Assembly: GCA_964016885.1 (NCBI GenBank)
Contig: OZ024744.1
Coordinates: forward strand, 76,942,001 to 77,006,000
From: Eledone cirrhosa
Taxonomy: Eukaryota
Length of the DNA: 64,000 nucleotides
Direction of reading: 5' to 3'
The notes under the pieces were generated by a model, which worked only from the letters and a program-made list of their open reading frames with translations, had not been told where the DNA came from and did not search any database. Positions 39,321 through 52,255 of the stretch are shown piece after piece; position 1 is the first letter of the stretch, and every line of letters begins with the position of its first letter. The position numbers and the translations under genes are program-made.

Positions 39321-39440
39321 TCTTCAAAAGCCTCGAATCATAAATTACTTTACACTTTATACCGTCTCTGAAGGAATTTCTGTCATCAAAAAACATGTGA
39401 TTTACTTGCAACAAATGATCCACTGTTGAGCTCCCTCTGT

Positions 39441-39597
39441 GTACATACATACATACATACATACATACATACATACATACATACATACATACATACATAC
39501 GTACATACGTACATACATACATACATACATACATACATACATACATACATACATACATACATACATACATACATACATACATACATACATACACACA

Positions 39598-39631
<34 letters not shown>

Positions 39632-39706
39632 CATACATACGTACATACATACATACATACATACATACATACATACATACGTACATACATACATACATAC
39701 ATACAT

Positions 39707-39743
<37 letters not shown>

Positions 39744-39808
39744 TACATACATACATACATACATACATAGATACATACATACATACATACATACATACAT
39801 ACATACAT

Positions 39809-39839
<31 letters not shown>

Positions 39840-39908
39840 TACATACATACATACATACATACATACATGCATACATACATACATACACACACACATACAT
39901 ACATACAT

Positions 39909-39939
<31 letters not shown>

Positions 39940-40004
39940 TACATACATACATACATACATGCATACATACATACATACATACGTACGTACATACATACAT
40001 ACAT

Positions 40005-40043
<39 letters not shown>

Positions 40044-40114
40044 CATACATACATACATACATACATACATACATACATACATACATACATACATACACAC
40101 ATACATACATACAT

Positions 40115-40145
<31 letters not shown>

Positions 40146-40206
40146 TACATACATACATACATACATACATACATACATACATACATACATACATACATAC
40201 ATACAT

Positions 40207-40240
<34 letters not shown>

Positions 40241-40312
40241 TCACACATACATACATACATACATACATAGATACATACATACATACATACATACATACAT
40301 ACATACATACAT

Positions 40313-40343
<31 letters not shown>

Positions 40344-40530
40344 TACATACATACATACATACATACATACATACATGCATACATACATACACACACACAT
40401 ACATACATACATACATACATACATACATACACACACACACATACATACATACATACATACATACATACATACATGCATACATACATACATACATACGTAC
40501 GTACATACATACATACATACATACATACAT

Positions 40531-40570
<40 letters not shown>

Positions 40571-40693
40571 ACATACATACATACATACATACATACACAC
40601 ATACACACACACACACATACATACATACATACATACATACATACATACATACATACATACATACATACACATATACATACATACATACATACA
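39441..40693. repeat. 1.25-kb (TACA)n array
   Basis: Direct reading. Recurrent variants (CATAGATA, ATGCAT, CGTACGTA) indicate a ~500-bp higher-order duplication. Confidence 0.95.
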
Positions 40694-40949
40694 TTATCTA
40701 TCTATCTATCTATCTATCTTTCTCTCTCTATATATATATATATATGTCTGTGTGTGTATATGTGTGTCTATGCTTCTTTGTGTGTATGTTACTTGATGTT
40801 TCTTCAAGGCACTAACTAATGATAGGATGGAAGCAGCTATCTGCGAAAGTCATCAATTTGACACGCTGTTTATTAATGGACCAACTCTAAATACAGTAAT
40901 CTAATGTTACATGCGGTCAAAATCAGCACGGTAGTGTCAGAATTATTAT

Positions 40950-42660
40950 GGTTATTATTTGTTTTTTGTTTTTTACACGCAGAAATATTCATTAGTACCG
41001 TCCTGTATTGTCCTGTGCTGTTCTTAATGTTATACTTTATGTCAAACCCTTGTGGTTAAATAAGAAAGCATAATTATTATCATTAGTGGTGTCGAACGCC
41101 AAACACATCGAGGCGATCGGCACCACTCTAAGAGAATACGAGGCAGTGACAGGAGCAATGATCAACGAAGAAAAGTCGGTGGGCCTGCAGCTCGGCACTT
41201 GGAGAGGCAGGTCCATGCCGTCCAACAGCGTCGTCGGGCGGACGGACCGGTTTAAATTGCCGGGCGTCTGGTTCGGTCCGGATCTCCAGACGGACAAAAA
41301 CTGGGACGAGGTGACGAGCAGGGTGGCCTCTCTCATCTAGAAATGGGCCGAGATGAAGCTATCCCTGAAAGGTCGAGCGGAGGTGGCGAACGCGTACATC
41401 GCGTCCGTCATCTACTACCGCCTGACCGTCGTGACTTGTCATAAGCCTCACCTGACTGCACTGGGGCGTTTGCTCTTTCGCCTTTTGTGGAAGGGACGAG
41501 CTCCGATGGTCAGGCGGGTCCATCTGCTGTCAACACCCGCTACGCTGAGGGCTGGTCATGCCGTAGCTGATGATGCGCAGACATGCACACAGCCTACGAC
41601 ATCTCCACCTCTTCCTCGACGGTGATCAGGTGTGGTCGCCCTTTGCTAGACGCATGTTTCCCCAGTTCGTCTCATTGACGGAGCTACAGTCCGGCGTCAA
41701 GCGAAGTCCGAGAGGGAAACTGGAATGTCTTCAGGCGCTCACAGCCCTCGACCAGCTGGGCAATGCGGTCGGTGGAAACTCTACCTTGGCGTTCTATAGA
41801 GAGTTAGTGGAGGGAAAGAGCGACGACGTACTTGGGGAGACTCTGGGCGTCGACGAAAATCAACTAGCCAATCTCTTCGGGAGAATTTTCGGGCCGAGGC
41901 CCATGGAAAACTTCCAGAAATCCCTGGCCTTGCCAGTTCGGGATAAATTCTACAGGCATGGAAGTGCCGTTAGCCGGGCCTGTCCGAGATGCGCGCAGGG
42001 CGACGAAACCGTCCTGCACGCACTCGTCCAGTGTCCGAGAATTGCTGACTTGTGGGTTTATGTCGAACACCTGCTGTCATGTGTAGAACGGATCTGGCTA
42101 TCAGCTGAGTCCATCGCGAGGATTGCCCCGCCGCCTTCCTTTAGCCGGGAAGGGCAGGCAGTTTTTATCTGCCTGGTGGCCATGATAAAAGAGATCGTAT
42201 GGTGGACACGTCTGAAAGGGTTGAAGACGGTACTTTCCTCTTCGGTGACGCCCTCATTAACCTTTTCAGGTTTCACCTGAAAAGGAAAATCAGAGTGGAG
42301 AGGGAAGTGCTGCCTTCCAGCCAGTTTGTTGAAAGGTGGGTGAGAGAGGCAAGAATGGCCCGTGTGAATGGGCCTACCCTGAGCGTGTGCCTGTAGTATC
42401 GTAGGAGGAAAACTGGAAGAGGGCACTTGCCCTAGCGGTCAGGGTAACCGTGGCTTTTTGGGGGGCGTTCTCCACGAGCGACCCTCGGAAGTCTCCCCCT
42501 ATTGGGGAATTTTTCATTGTTTTCTTTTTTGTTACATCCTCTGTTTTTGTTTTTTTTTTACACGCAGAAATGCCCATTTGTACCGTCCTGTATTGTTCTG
42601 TGTTGTACTTAATGTTATAGTTTGTGTCAACCCTTGTGGTTAATAAAGAAAGCATTATTA
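40950..42660 (+). mobile_element. Second Tx1 subfamily: short 3'-UTR stub (40950-41070) followed by a 5'-truncated copy (41085-42660)
   Basis: GAMINEEKSVGLQLG, CPRCAQGDETVLHALVQC. Both pieces end (A/T)AAGAAAGCA+(TTA)n-like sequence. Confidence 0.85.
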
Positions 42661-42697
42661 TTTTTTTTTATTATATATATATATATATATATTTATT

Positions 42698-42729
<32 letters not shown>

Positions 42730-42731
<2 letters not shown>

Positions 42732-44035
42732 GGAAAAAGTATGACCCCGACGACAGAGCTCAAGCCGTTTAGACGGCTATTTCTGGACTAAATTAGAATT
42801 TTTAGCCTGGTGAATAAATAGCCGAACTTTTCAATGGGTACTTCCTTATATGGGAAGATTGTAGTTGTCAAGAGGATTGGTTAAAATGTGTTGTAAACAC
42901 AAATAAGTCTATCATGGCATTTGGTGGGAGGTAGGGGTGGCTGAACTTGCTTGTAGAACAATGAGGGAGTGAGTGGAGCCGGTCAAGCGTTGAAAGTGAT
43001 ATGTATACAGCAGATTCTAAGGCTAGTGTTTGAAGTGGAGGAGGGAGGTTATAGAATAGGTAAATCGAATGAGAGTAGGAGACAATAAAAGATAATAGAA
43101 ATAAATAAAAAAAAATATAAAATTAGATAGTGAGAAATGAATAAAAAAAATCACAATGCTATCTTACAATTACAGGTTAAGTTGAGAATAGAAAAAACTT
43201 GTAGAAATTGAGTAGTACCAGAAGTGATACAGAATTAAAGGGGTTTAAGACGTCTGCTATAAGTAGTAAAACGTATTCGGCCAATTCTATCTTAAAATTA
43301 CAGGGGTGGGGGAACTGATGCTACAGAGGCCCGATGGGCTGCATCGGGGTAGGCGAAGGGGAAGAACAGACGAGGAAGAAAATAGGGGGTGGAAAGAAAC
43401 AGGGGGAAGAAGAAGACAAAGAGGAAAAGAAAAGAAAAGAGATACATCTACCTAAGTAAGCTGGGGTTTCCCCTAACTTATTCGGCAAGTAGGGGTATCA
43501 GCCCTTGTTTACCCACCCGGGTCGTTATGGGGTTTGAGGGCGAGGTAAGTCCTACGCAATCTGTGTTTGCATGCGGTTACCTGTTCCTCTTTCTTGTTTA
43601 GGAGTTGGTCTTTCGAAAACAACATTTGTAATGTTTCCTCCGAGCATAAGTTACACGGACGGCGTCCTCCCGTGTAAGAGTTAGCTTTGGACAGTACGCT
43701 CCAAGTGAGATTGTAGGTTATATTATTATCTTGGAGGTCCCAGATGTGGCCCGAAAGTGTAGTGGCATATCGCCGGACCGGGTTTCGGAAAGTATGTCGG
43801 TGTTGGTAGAGCCGGGTCTTGAAGTCACACGCGGTTTAATTCTATATAAGCTTTGATGGAGGTGTCCGTTCTCACGTTGCACTGGTAGATCACGTTACGT
43901 TCTCGGCATTTCAGTAAAAATATCCTAGACCGAGTTATACCAAAAGTTAAGCAAAACGTGAGACTTAGCCTATGGGTCTGCACCCAGGAAGTAATCTCAT
44001 GGTTCAGGAATATGGAGGACAAACGAGACACAAAG
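42730..44035 (-). mobile_element. Penelope-like element 3' fragment (GIY-YIG remnant about 43590-43915) with degenerate HHR at 42744-42839
   Basis: Frameshifted KCRERNVIYQC..AYI..DFKTRLYQHRHTF..TTLSGHIWDL..CNLCSEE..LLNK. The HHR-like motif is ACCCA-TTGAAAA-..-TAAAC-GGC..GAGCTC..GTC-GTC-GGGGT. Confidence 0.75.
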
Positions 44036-44426
44036 TTCAAATCCCGCCGAAGTTAGCTTTGACTTTCATCTTTACGGGGTCGATAAAATAAAGTACCAGT
44101 AATAAATTGGGGTAATTGCTGACCTTGTACCAAAAGTAGAAACAATTATTATTATTGTTGGATTGGCAGTGTCGGTAGAGCTTCGGACAACTTGCTTAGC
44201 GGCATAGAGTTAAGGCCCTTGGCGTTCTGAGTTTAAATCCCGCCGAGGTTAACTTTGACTTTCATCCTCACGGAATCGATAAAATAAAGTACCAGTAATG
44301 CACTGTGATAATTGCTGGCCTTGTGCCAAAAGTAGAAGCAATTATTTCAATATATGGTTTATGTATATGCACATATTTCTGTGTTCTTTATTTCATTTGA
44401 AATAATAGATATTGATTTATTGATTG

Positions 44427-44468
<42 letters not shown>

Positions 44469-45490
44469 CACATATGCACATACACATACAAAAATACAAA
44501 ATTCATTGTTTGAAATCAAAATTTAAAAAGGGTTTGCAGAGGCCTCCAATGTGATTAATATCGATTGCCAGTGTTCGATGGGCGTACCCAGACAATCGAT
44601 TGAACCAATTGAACTTTTGAATCATAACTTGAAATTTGTTTTTGAAAATGAAAGTACATAAAATATGGAGTTCTAATTTTGATACAATGCCAGTAATTTG
44701 GAAGGAGAGAATGTCGATTATACCAACCCTAGTATGTGACTGGTACTTTATTTTATCGACCCCAGAAGGATGGAAGACAAAGTTGACCTTGGTGAGATTT
44801 GAATTCACAAAGAGCCTTTATTAGACACTCCGCCGACTCTGCCACTCTATAATAATTGTTTCTACGTTAGGCACAAGGCCAGCAAATACCCAGTGCATTA
44901 CTGGTACTTTATTTTATCGACCCCGTAAGGATGAAAGGCAAAGTTAACCTCGGCGGGATTTGAACTCAGAATGGCAAGGGCCGTAACTCTATACGTCAAA
45001 GCAATACTGCCAATCCACTGCCACTCTATAATAATGATTTCGGATTACAGCACAAGGCCAACCATTTGAGGGGAGGGGAAAGTCGTTTAAATAGACCCTA
45101 GTGCATTACTGGTACTTCATTTTATCGCCCCCCTCCTCGTAATGATGAAAGGCAAAGCTAATCTCGGCGGGATTTCAACTCATAACGTAAAGGGCCGTAA
45201 CTCTATGCCGCAAAGCATACTGTCCAACACTCTACCGATACTGTCAACCCACCTCCCTTATATAATAATAATAATAATAATAATAATGGTTTCTGATTTA
45301 GACACAAGGCCAATAATTTGAGGGGAGGGGAAAGCCGATTAAACCAGTACATTACTGGTACTTTATTTTAGGATGAAAGGCAAAGCTAACCTCGGTGGGA
45401 TTTGAACTCATAACGTAAAGGGCCGTAATTCTCTGCAGCAAAGCATATTGTCCGACTCTCTATCGGTTACTGTCTATCCACCGGCCCTTG
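44035..45490. mobile_element. Cluster of SINE family 1 copies (two on plus at 44035-44345; about four on minus at 44680-45490)
   Basis: Repeated core and tail motifs separated by (AAT)n. Confidence 0.85.
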
Positions 45491-45870
45491 CCATTCTATA
45501 CTAATACAATAAAATACAACTTGCTTATACATGTTTCTGACTAATTATATAAAATTAGTCTTTATCGTCTAATTATTTAATATTCTTATTACTGTTTCAT
45601 TTATGCACTCACGGGGTTTGGCTGAAAAGTTCATATCATAGACTGAAAAGTTCATAGGCTGAAAGATTCATAGGCTGAAAAGTTCAAGGGAGGTTGACCA
45701 CGATACACTCATGGAATGACCAAACGAGGTTTCTTTTTCAACATTGTCTCTGGAAAGAAACAATGCAGTTATTAAGAATAACAGTTGACATGAATACATG
45801 CAAGATTTCACAGCTCTAGCATCCCTCCTTCATAGTCAGTCTATGAACTTTTCGTATGTATGTGTATATG

Positions 45871-46146
45871 AAGGCGCATGGCTTAGTGGTTAGAGCATTG
45901 GCTTGCAAACGGAATGTTGTGAGTTCGATTCTCGGACCAGGTGATGCCTTGTGTCCTTGAGCAAGACACTTTATCTCCAGTTTATTCAGCTGTAGAAATG
46001 AGTTGCGACGTCACTGGTGCCAAGCTGTATCGGCCTTTCCCTTGGACATCATCAATGGTGTAGAGAGACCGGTATGCGTCGGAGGGGAACTTTCTAGGTG
46101 CAACTCCCATGGTCATTTGTGACCGAAGGAGTTCTTTTTCCCTCTT
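45871..46146 (+). mobile_element. tRNA-derived SINE family 2
   Basis: A-box TGGCTTAGTGG, B-box GAGTTCGATTC, central GTGTCCTTGAGCAAGACACT. Other copies at 53085-54080 (-) and 56035-56150 (+). Confidence 0.8.
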
Positions 46147-46739
46147 GTATGTATGTATGGATGGATTTATGTTATAGCTACTGTCGCTCAGAGAGTGCGA
46201 TTGGCTCAGTGCACAGTCTTTCCTCACTTTAAAAAATATCTTCATGAACAGGCATTGCACGATAGAATTAATTAATAATTATTAATAATGGTATATCGTG
46301 CAATGGTCATACTCGATAACGAGGGGGCAGCCATCATGTATGTATAAAACGGTCATAGACTGAAATGTTCATATGCTGACCAAGATACTCTCATGGAATG
46401 ACCAAATGAATTTTTTTTTTTTTTTTTTTTTCAATATGGTCACTGGACAGAAACAATGAGGTTATTAATAAGAAGAATTGAAATTAATGCATACAAGATT
46501 TCACAGCTCTAGCATCATTCCTTCATAGTCAGCCTATAAATATTTAGGCCGACACTCGTATTTATTTTTGTACATGCCCGGGGTCGTTAGGGGCCCACTG
46601 TTTCCATAAAGGGGTCAGTGGTCTAAAAATGTTTAGGGAGTCTTCTCCTGGCTTAGTTAATGACAGCCTCGGTTTAAGCTGTTAAAAAAATGTCTACGGG
46701 TATTTATTTGCGTTACGTTACGTCCTGACTTCATATCCT

Positions 46740-47575
46740 ATTTTGGGGAGGGGAAAGTCGATTAAATCGACCCCAGTGCACTACTGGTACTTTATTTTAT
46801 CGATCCTGTAATGCTGAAATGTAAAGCTAACCTCGACAGGATTTGAACTCAGAACGAAAAGGGCCGTAACTATATGCCGCAATACATGCTGTCCGATGCT
46901 CTACCGATACTGCCAATCCAAATTGATAATAATTGTTTCTACTTTAGGCACAAGGCCAGCAATTACCCAGTTCATTACTGGTACTTTATTTTATCGACCC
47001 CGTAAGGATGAAAGGCAAAGTTAACCTCGGCGGGATTTGAGCTCAGAATGGCAAGGGCCGTAACTCTATGCGTCAAAGCATGGCGTCTGACCCTCTACCG
47101 ATACTGGCAATTGATAATAATGGTTTCTGATTTAAGCACAAGGCCAATAATTTTGAAGGGGAGGGAAAAGTCGATTAAATCAACTCCAGTGCATTACTGG
47201 TACTTTTTTGTATCGATCCCATAATGATGAAAGGTAAAGCTTTCCTTGGCGGGATTTGAACTCAGAACGTAAAGAGTCTTCTTAACTCTATGCTTCTAAA
47301 CATGTTGTGGCATATAGTTACGTCCCTTTACGTTCTGAGTTCAAATCCTGCCGAGGTTAGCTTTACCATTCATCCTTACGAAGTCAATAAAATAAAGTAC
47401 CAGTAATGTAGTGGGGTTCATATAATCGACAATCATCCTCTTCCCTCCAAATTTGCTGGCCCTGTGCCAATGTTAAAAAGAACTATTATCACATTGTCGA
47501 TAAAAAATAAAGTACCAGTCACACACTGGTGTCGATTTAATCGACTTTTTCCCCACTTCTCTCCCAAAATTGTTG
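46740..47575. mobile_element. Cluster of SINE family 1 copies in both orientations
   Basis: Three copies on minus followed by two partial copies on plus. Confidence 0.85.
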
Positions 47576-48054
47576 AAAATATATCCCAATGAAGTATTAT
47601 GTACTGGAATCGTTGATCTAATTAATCATAATTATTCAAACCCTCCCCAAAGATCCGTGTTCTTGTATTTATGTAATAAATTATTATTATTATTATATAA
47701 ACTGAAAGGAACCTAATATTTTATGTAGAATGATAGCCAAAAAATTACCCCCAACACACTACACGTGAAAAAACAAAAATTTGTTCTTTAAAGAAAGTAG
47801 TATTTGCTTCATTATTTATTTTCCCGTGTTGAGTTATATCAACAGTGTCTATCTGTCTAAGACAAGCTTGCATATTCTCTAGAATTTTTCCTTCCTTCCA
47901 TCTTCTTCTTTCAAATACATGGCAGACTGTTTTGGCACTTAAACATGTGTTTCTGTCTGTGTGTGATTCTGTAGTTCCGCGTGTATATATCTATATATAT
48001 ATATATATATATATACTACATGTGTGTATGAATGTGGTTCTTTGTATGTTTATA

Positions 48055-48184
<130 letters not shown>

Positions 48185-48324
48185 TGTATATATATATATT
48201 TATATATATATATATATAAATATAAATATATATATATAAATATATATATACATACATACATACATTCATACATACATGCATACATAATACATACATACAT
48301 ATATGCTGTTGATCGCAACTTCTA

Positions 48325-48900
48325 GTCAGAAGAGTGCCATCCCTTCATTGAACGCTGCACGAACATGTACATGCAGGTGACTTTTCAGACCAGCTTTCGT
48401 TTTGCAGACACGTTCACAGATGTGACACTTGAACTGTCTGTCTCCTGGCAATATCGGCTAGGATGTGTCATCTTGCATTCTACCATGTTTGGTCAGTCCA
48501 CCAGCTGACATACAAATTAAGCCACACTCATTGCGAATGTACCACGGAGGGCGCGGCGGTAGAACCATCTCAAAAGTGGCTTGATTTCTCCCTGGCTCGT
48601 GTGACTACATATAGTTGACAAATCCAGCTCTTGGATTTTTGCAGGCACTGCACTTAGGTCCTACTTACGCAGTGAACGCTTCAAAACAAGAGCATGTTCC
48701 ACTCACTTTTTCCCATACTTGATGATCTTTCTCTGTGATGTACGGCCTTCGGGTAGTCTCTTCCAGTTCTCCATATCAATCTTCAGAGTTTTAAGGTTGT
48801 TTCTTAAGACATCCTTAAACCGTTTATTTGGTTTATGCTGTGGCCTTTCCCCTCTGGTCAGCTCCCTATAAAATAACTGTTTGTAGAGAAATAACATAGC
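48325..48900 (-). mobile_element. RTE-type LINE 3' fragment
   Basis: KQLFYRELTRGERPQHKPNKRFKDVLRNNLK..W, followed by C2H2-like FKCHICERVCKTKAGLKSH. Confidence 0.75.
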
Positions 48901-49010
48901 TCCTTAATTCATAAGCTACAATTGTACCTTCAGGATCTATAAAATATTCTTACGATTCAAAGGATAAACGCTTACACAAGTGACGACAATTTCCTATCTT
49001 TATATACATG

Positions 49011-49056
<46 letters not shown>

Positions 49057-49169
49057 TATATATATAATACATACATGCATACAAACATACATGCAAAGAT
49101 ACATACAAATATAAATACACATTTACATAAATACATATATATGTTGTATGTATATATATATATATATAC

Positions 49170-49729
49170 ATGGAAAAAATGAAACGAAATTTCATTTCTC
49201 AATCTTAGTACCGCTGTTACTTAAATATAAGTATGTATACGTACATACATATATGTATACAGACGTACAGTAGTATGTATATATATACATACATGCACAC
49301 ATATATATATGTACGTATGGATTTACCGAGCATTTATTATAATGCACGGTTTGTTTGTAAACAAACATCCCGAATTAAACCGTACAGTGTTTAGCAACCA
49401 TCGTTGCCCTTTTGTTCAACACTGACAAAGGAACGATGTACTAGTTTCAAGTTTATTAGCTATCGTCAGCACCGTATAGCTTCCTGCCAGATGGTTGAAC
49501 GTCTGAAAGTATATACTTTCCTTATGCATATTAACGGCTTTGTCAGTGTTGAACAAAAGGGCAACGATGGTTGCTAGACACTACGGCTTAATTCAGGATG
49601 TTTGTTTACAAACAAATCGAGCATTATAATAAATGTTTGTTAAATCCATACGTACATATATATATATATATGTGTGCATGTATGTATATATATATACATA
49701 CTTACTGTACGTCTGTATACATATATGTA

Positions 49730-49735
<6 letters not shown>
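49170..49735. mobile_element. Third copy of the 422-bp HHR unit (minus strand) with inverted partial copy
   Basis: 49170-49538 is the reverse complement of the 19645-20510 unit in circularly permuted order. 49539-49735 is the same sequence in plus orientation. Confidence 0.8.
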
Positions 49736-49810
<75 letters not shown>

Positions 49811-49864
49811 GTGAGGTTTTTTTTACAAAATGAAAAATAACCGAGGTGTCCTACACGAGTGAAA

Positions 49865-52125
49865 GTATAAAGAAAAAGAGATGAAATCGAAAATGCAACT
49901 GGAGTCTTATTTTTTTTTTTTTAATATATATATTTATTTGGTTCCTTTACCGGTTTCGCAGTTCTTCTGCTTTTCAAAGGGTGAGTTGAGATGGAGGGTC
50001 TGTGGTTTTTCTCACATCTGGTTGGTCTCTTAATGTTACTTGTTTTATATGGAAAAAGTGGCTCGAAATGCCAGGTTTTTCGAGAAGTAATTTGATTGGT
50101 TTGTCAATAATTATAATAAATTTCGCGCCAGTTCGCGTTACAATAGTTCTTCAAATAAGAGGGGGGGGGTTGTCACAGGTTGTTTTTTCATATATGAGTG
50201 TTTGAATTTCTTTTTACTTGAAAAAAGGGGCTCACGAAGGCTTTTTTTTGGTTGGTTATAAATGAAATTATGGCTGTCACGTGAACAAGTTTTCATTAAA
50301 TTTCCGTGCCCTTATTTGGAAATCCATTCTGTAGCCTTTTTAGAGAATTTTATGATAAGTGAAAGATAATGGTCAAGAGAAAGGGGTAGGAGAATTGTTC
50401 TGGTTCAGTGAATATGGTTAGTTCGCTGGGGTGTCAGAATTCAGATTTTCTATTGAATAAAGAAAGTAAAGATATGTATGTTTATTTGTGTGTGTGTGCA
50501 TGTGTGTGTGTTTGAATTTCTTTACTTACAAAATAGGTGGCTCACGAAGGCTTTTTTTTTAATAAACGTGATTTGATTGGTTACAAATGAAATTTGGCTG
50601 TCACGTGAACAAGTTTTCATTACATTTTTGCGCCCTTATTTGGAAATCTATTCTGTAGCCTTTATAGAGAATGTTATGACAATGGAAAGATAGTGGTCAA
50701 GAGAAATGGGATTGTTCTGGTTCAGTGAATATGGTTAGTTCGCTGGGGTGTCAGAGTTCAGATTTTCTATTGAAGTAAAGTTATGTATGTTTATTTGTGT
50801 GCTTGTGTGTGTGTGTGTGTGTGTGTGTATTGGAAGATGATTCTATTAGTAGAAATGGGGGAGGGAGTTGTGTGTGTGTGTGTATGGGTGTTATGTGTGT
50901 GTGTGCGAGTATGTTAAGATGGAGAGAATATATATTTTGTGTGTGTGTATATATGTGTGTAGGAAAGTGGTTCTATTAGTAGAAATGGGGGGGTTGTGGG
51001 TGTGGGGGTTGTTATGTGTGTGTATGGGTGTTATGTGTGTGGGAGTATGGTTAGCATGTTAAGATGAAAAGAATATATATATATATATTGTGTGTGTGTG
51101 TGTGTGTAGGAAAATGATTCCTTTAGTAGGAATATTTTTGAGTGAACATATTTTCCTTACTTATTCGTATTTGTTCTGTTGTATTGTCAGTGCAAACGTA
51201 TGTTAAGGTTTATTTAGTTCGGGTTTTTATTTTATGACATACACACACACACATAACACCTTCTCTTGACCACTATCTTTCCATTGTCATAACATTCTCT
51301 ATAAAGGCTACAGAATAGATTTCCAAATAAGGGCGCAAAAATGTAATGAAAACTTGTTCACGTGACAGCCAAATTTCATTTATAACCAATCAAATCACGT
51401 TTATTAAAAAAAAGCCTTCGTGAGCCACCTTTTTTGTAAGTAAAGAAATTCAAACACACACACACACACACAACACACACACATGCACACACACACAAAT
51501 AAACAAACATATCTTTACTTTCTTTATTCAATAGAAAATCTGAATTCTGACACCCCAGCGAACTAACCATATTCACTGAACCAGAACAATTCTCCCATCC
51601 CTTTCTCTTGACCATTATCTTTCACTTATCATAAAATTCTCTAAAAAGGCTACACAATGGATTTCCAAATAAGGGCACGGAAATTTAATGAAAACTTGTT
51701 CACGTGACAGCCATAATTTCATTTATAACCAACCCCAAAAAAGCCTCCGTGAGCCCCTTTTTTCAAGTAAAAAGAAATTCAAACACTCATATATGAAAAA
51801 ACAACCTGTGACAACAACCCCCCCCCCCCCCTCTTATTTGAAGAACTATTGTAACGCGAACTGGCGCGAAATTTATTATAATTATTGACAAACCAATCAA
51901 ATTACTTCTCGAAAAACCTGGCATTTCGAGCCACTTTTTCCATATAAAACAAGTAACATTCAGAGACCAACCAGATGTGAGAAAAAACCACAGACCCTCC
52001 ATCTCAACTCACCTTTTGAAAAGCAGAAGAACTGCGAAACCGGTAAAGGAACCAAATAAATATATATATTTTAAAAAAAAAAATAAGACTCCAGTTGCAT
52101 TTTCGATTTCATCTCTTTTTCTTTA
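49865..52125. mobile_element. Large inverted pair of PLE-like 3' UTRs (arms about 850 bp), HHR near each outer end
   Basis: 49865-50705 is inverted at 51262-52125, with a ~310-bp internal duplication in each arm and (TA)n flanks. Confidence 0.8.
52012..52049 (+). ncRNA. Minimal type I hammerhead, U3-A8 core variant (mirror 49944-49981 on minus)
   Basis: CCTT-TTGAAAA-GCAG-AAGAA-CTGC-GAAAC-CG-GTA-AAGG followed by AATAAA. Confidence 0.75.
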
Positions 52126-52218
52126 TATATATATATATATATATTAAACTCTGTATAGCTCTACACCTTATCACAGAAGTGAACCTAAACATCGAGTGCT
52201 CTCCCAGGTGAACCTGTA

Positions 52219-52255
<37 letters not shown>

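Noticed and set aside
45871-45945. tRNA-like A/B boxes here and at SINE family 1 heads
   Set aside because: No complete cloverleaf, and they continue into multi-copy SINE bodies.
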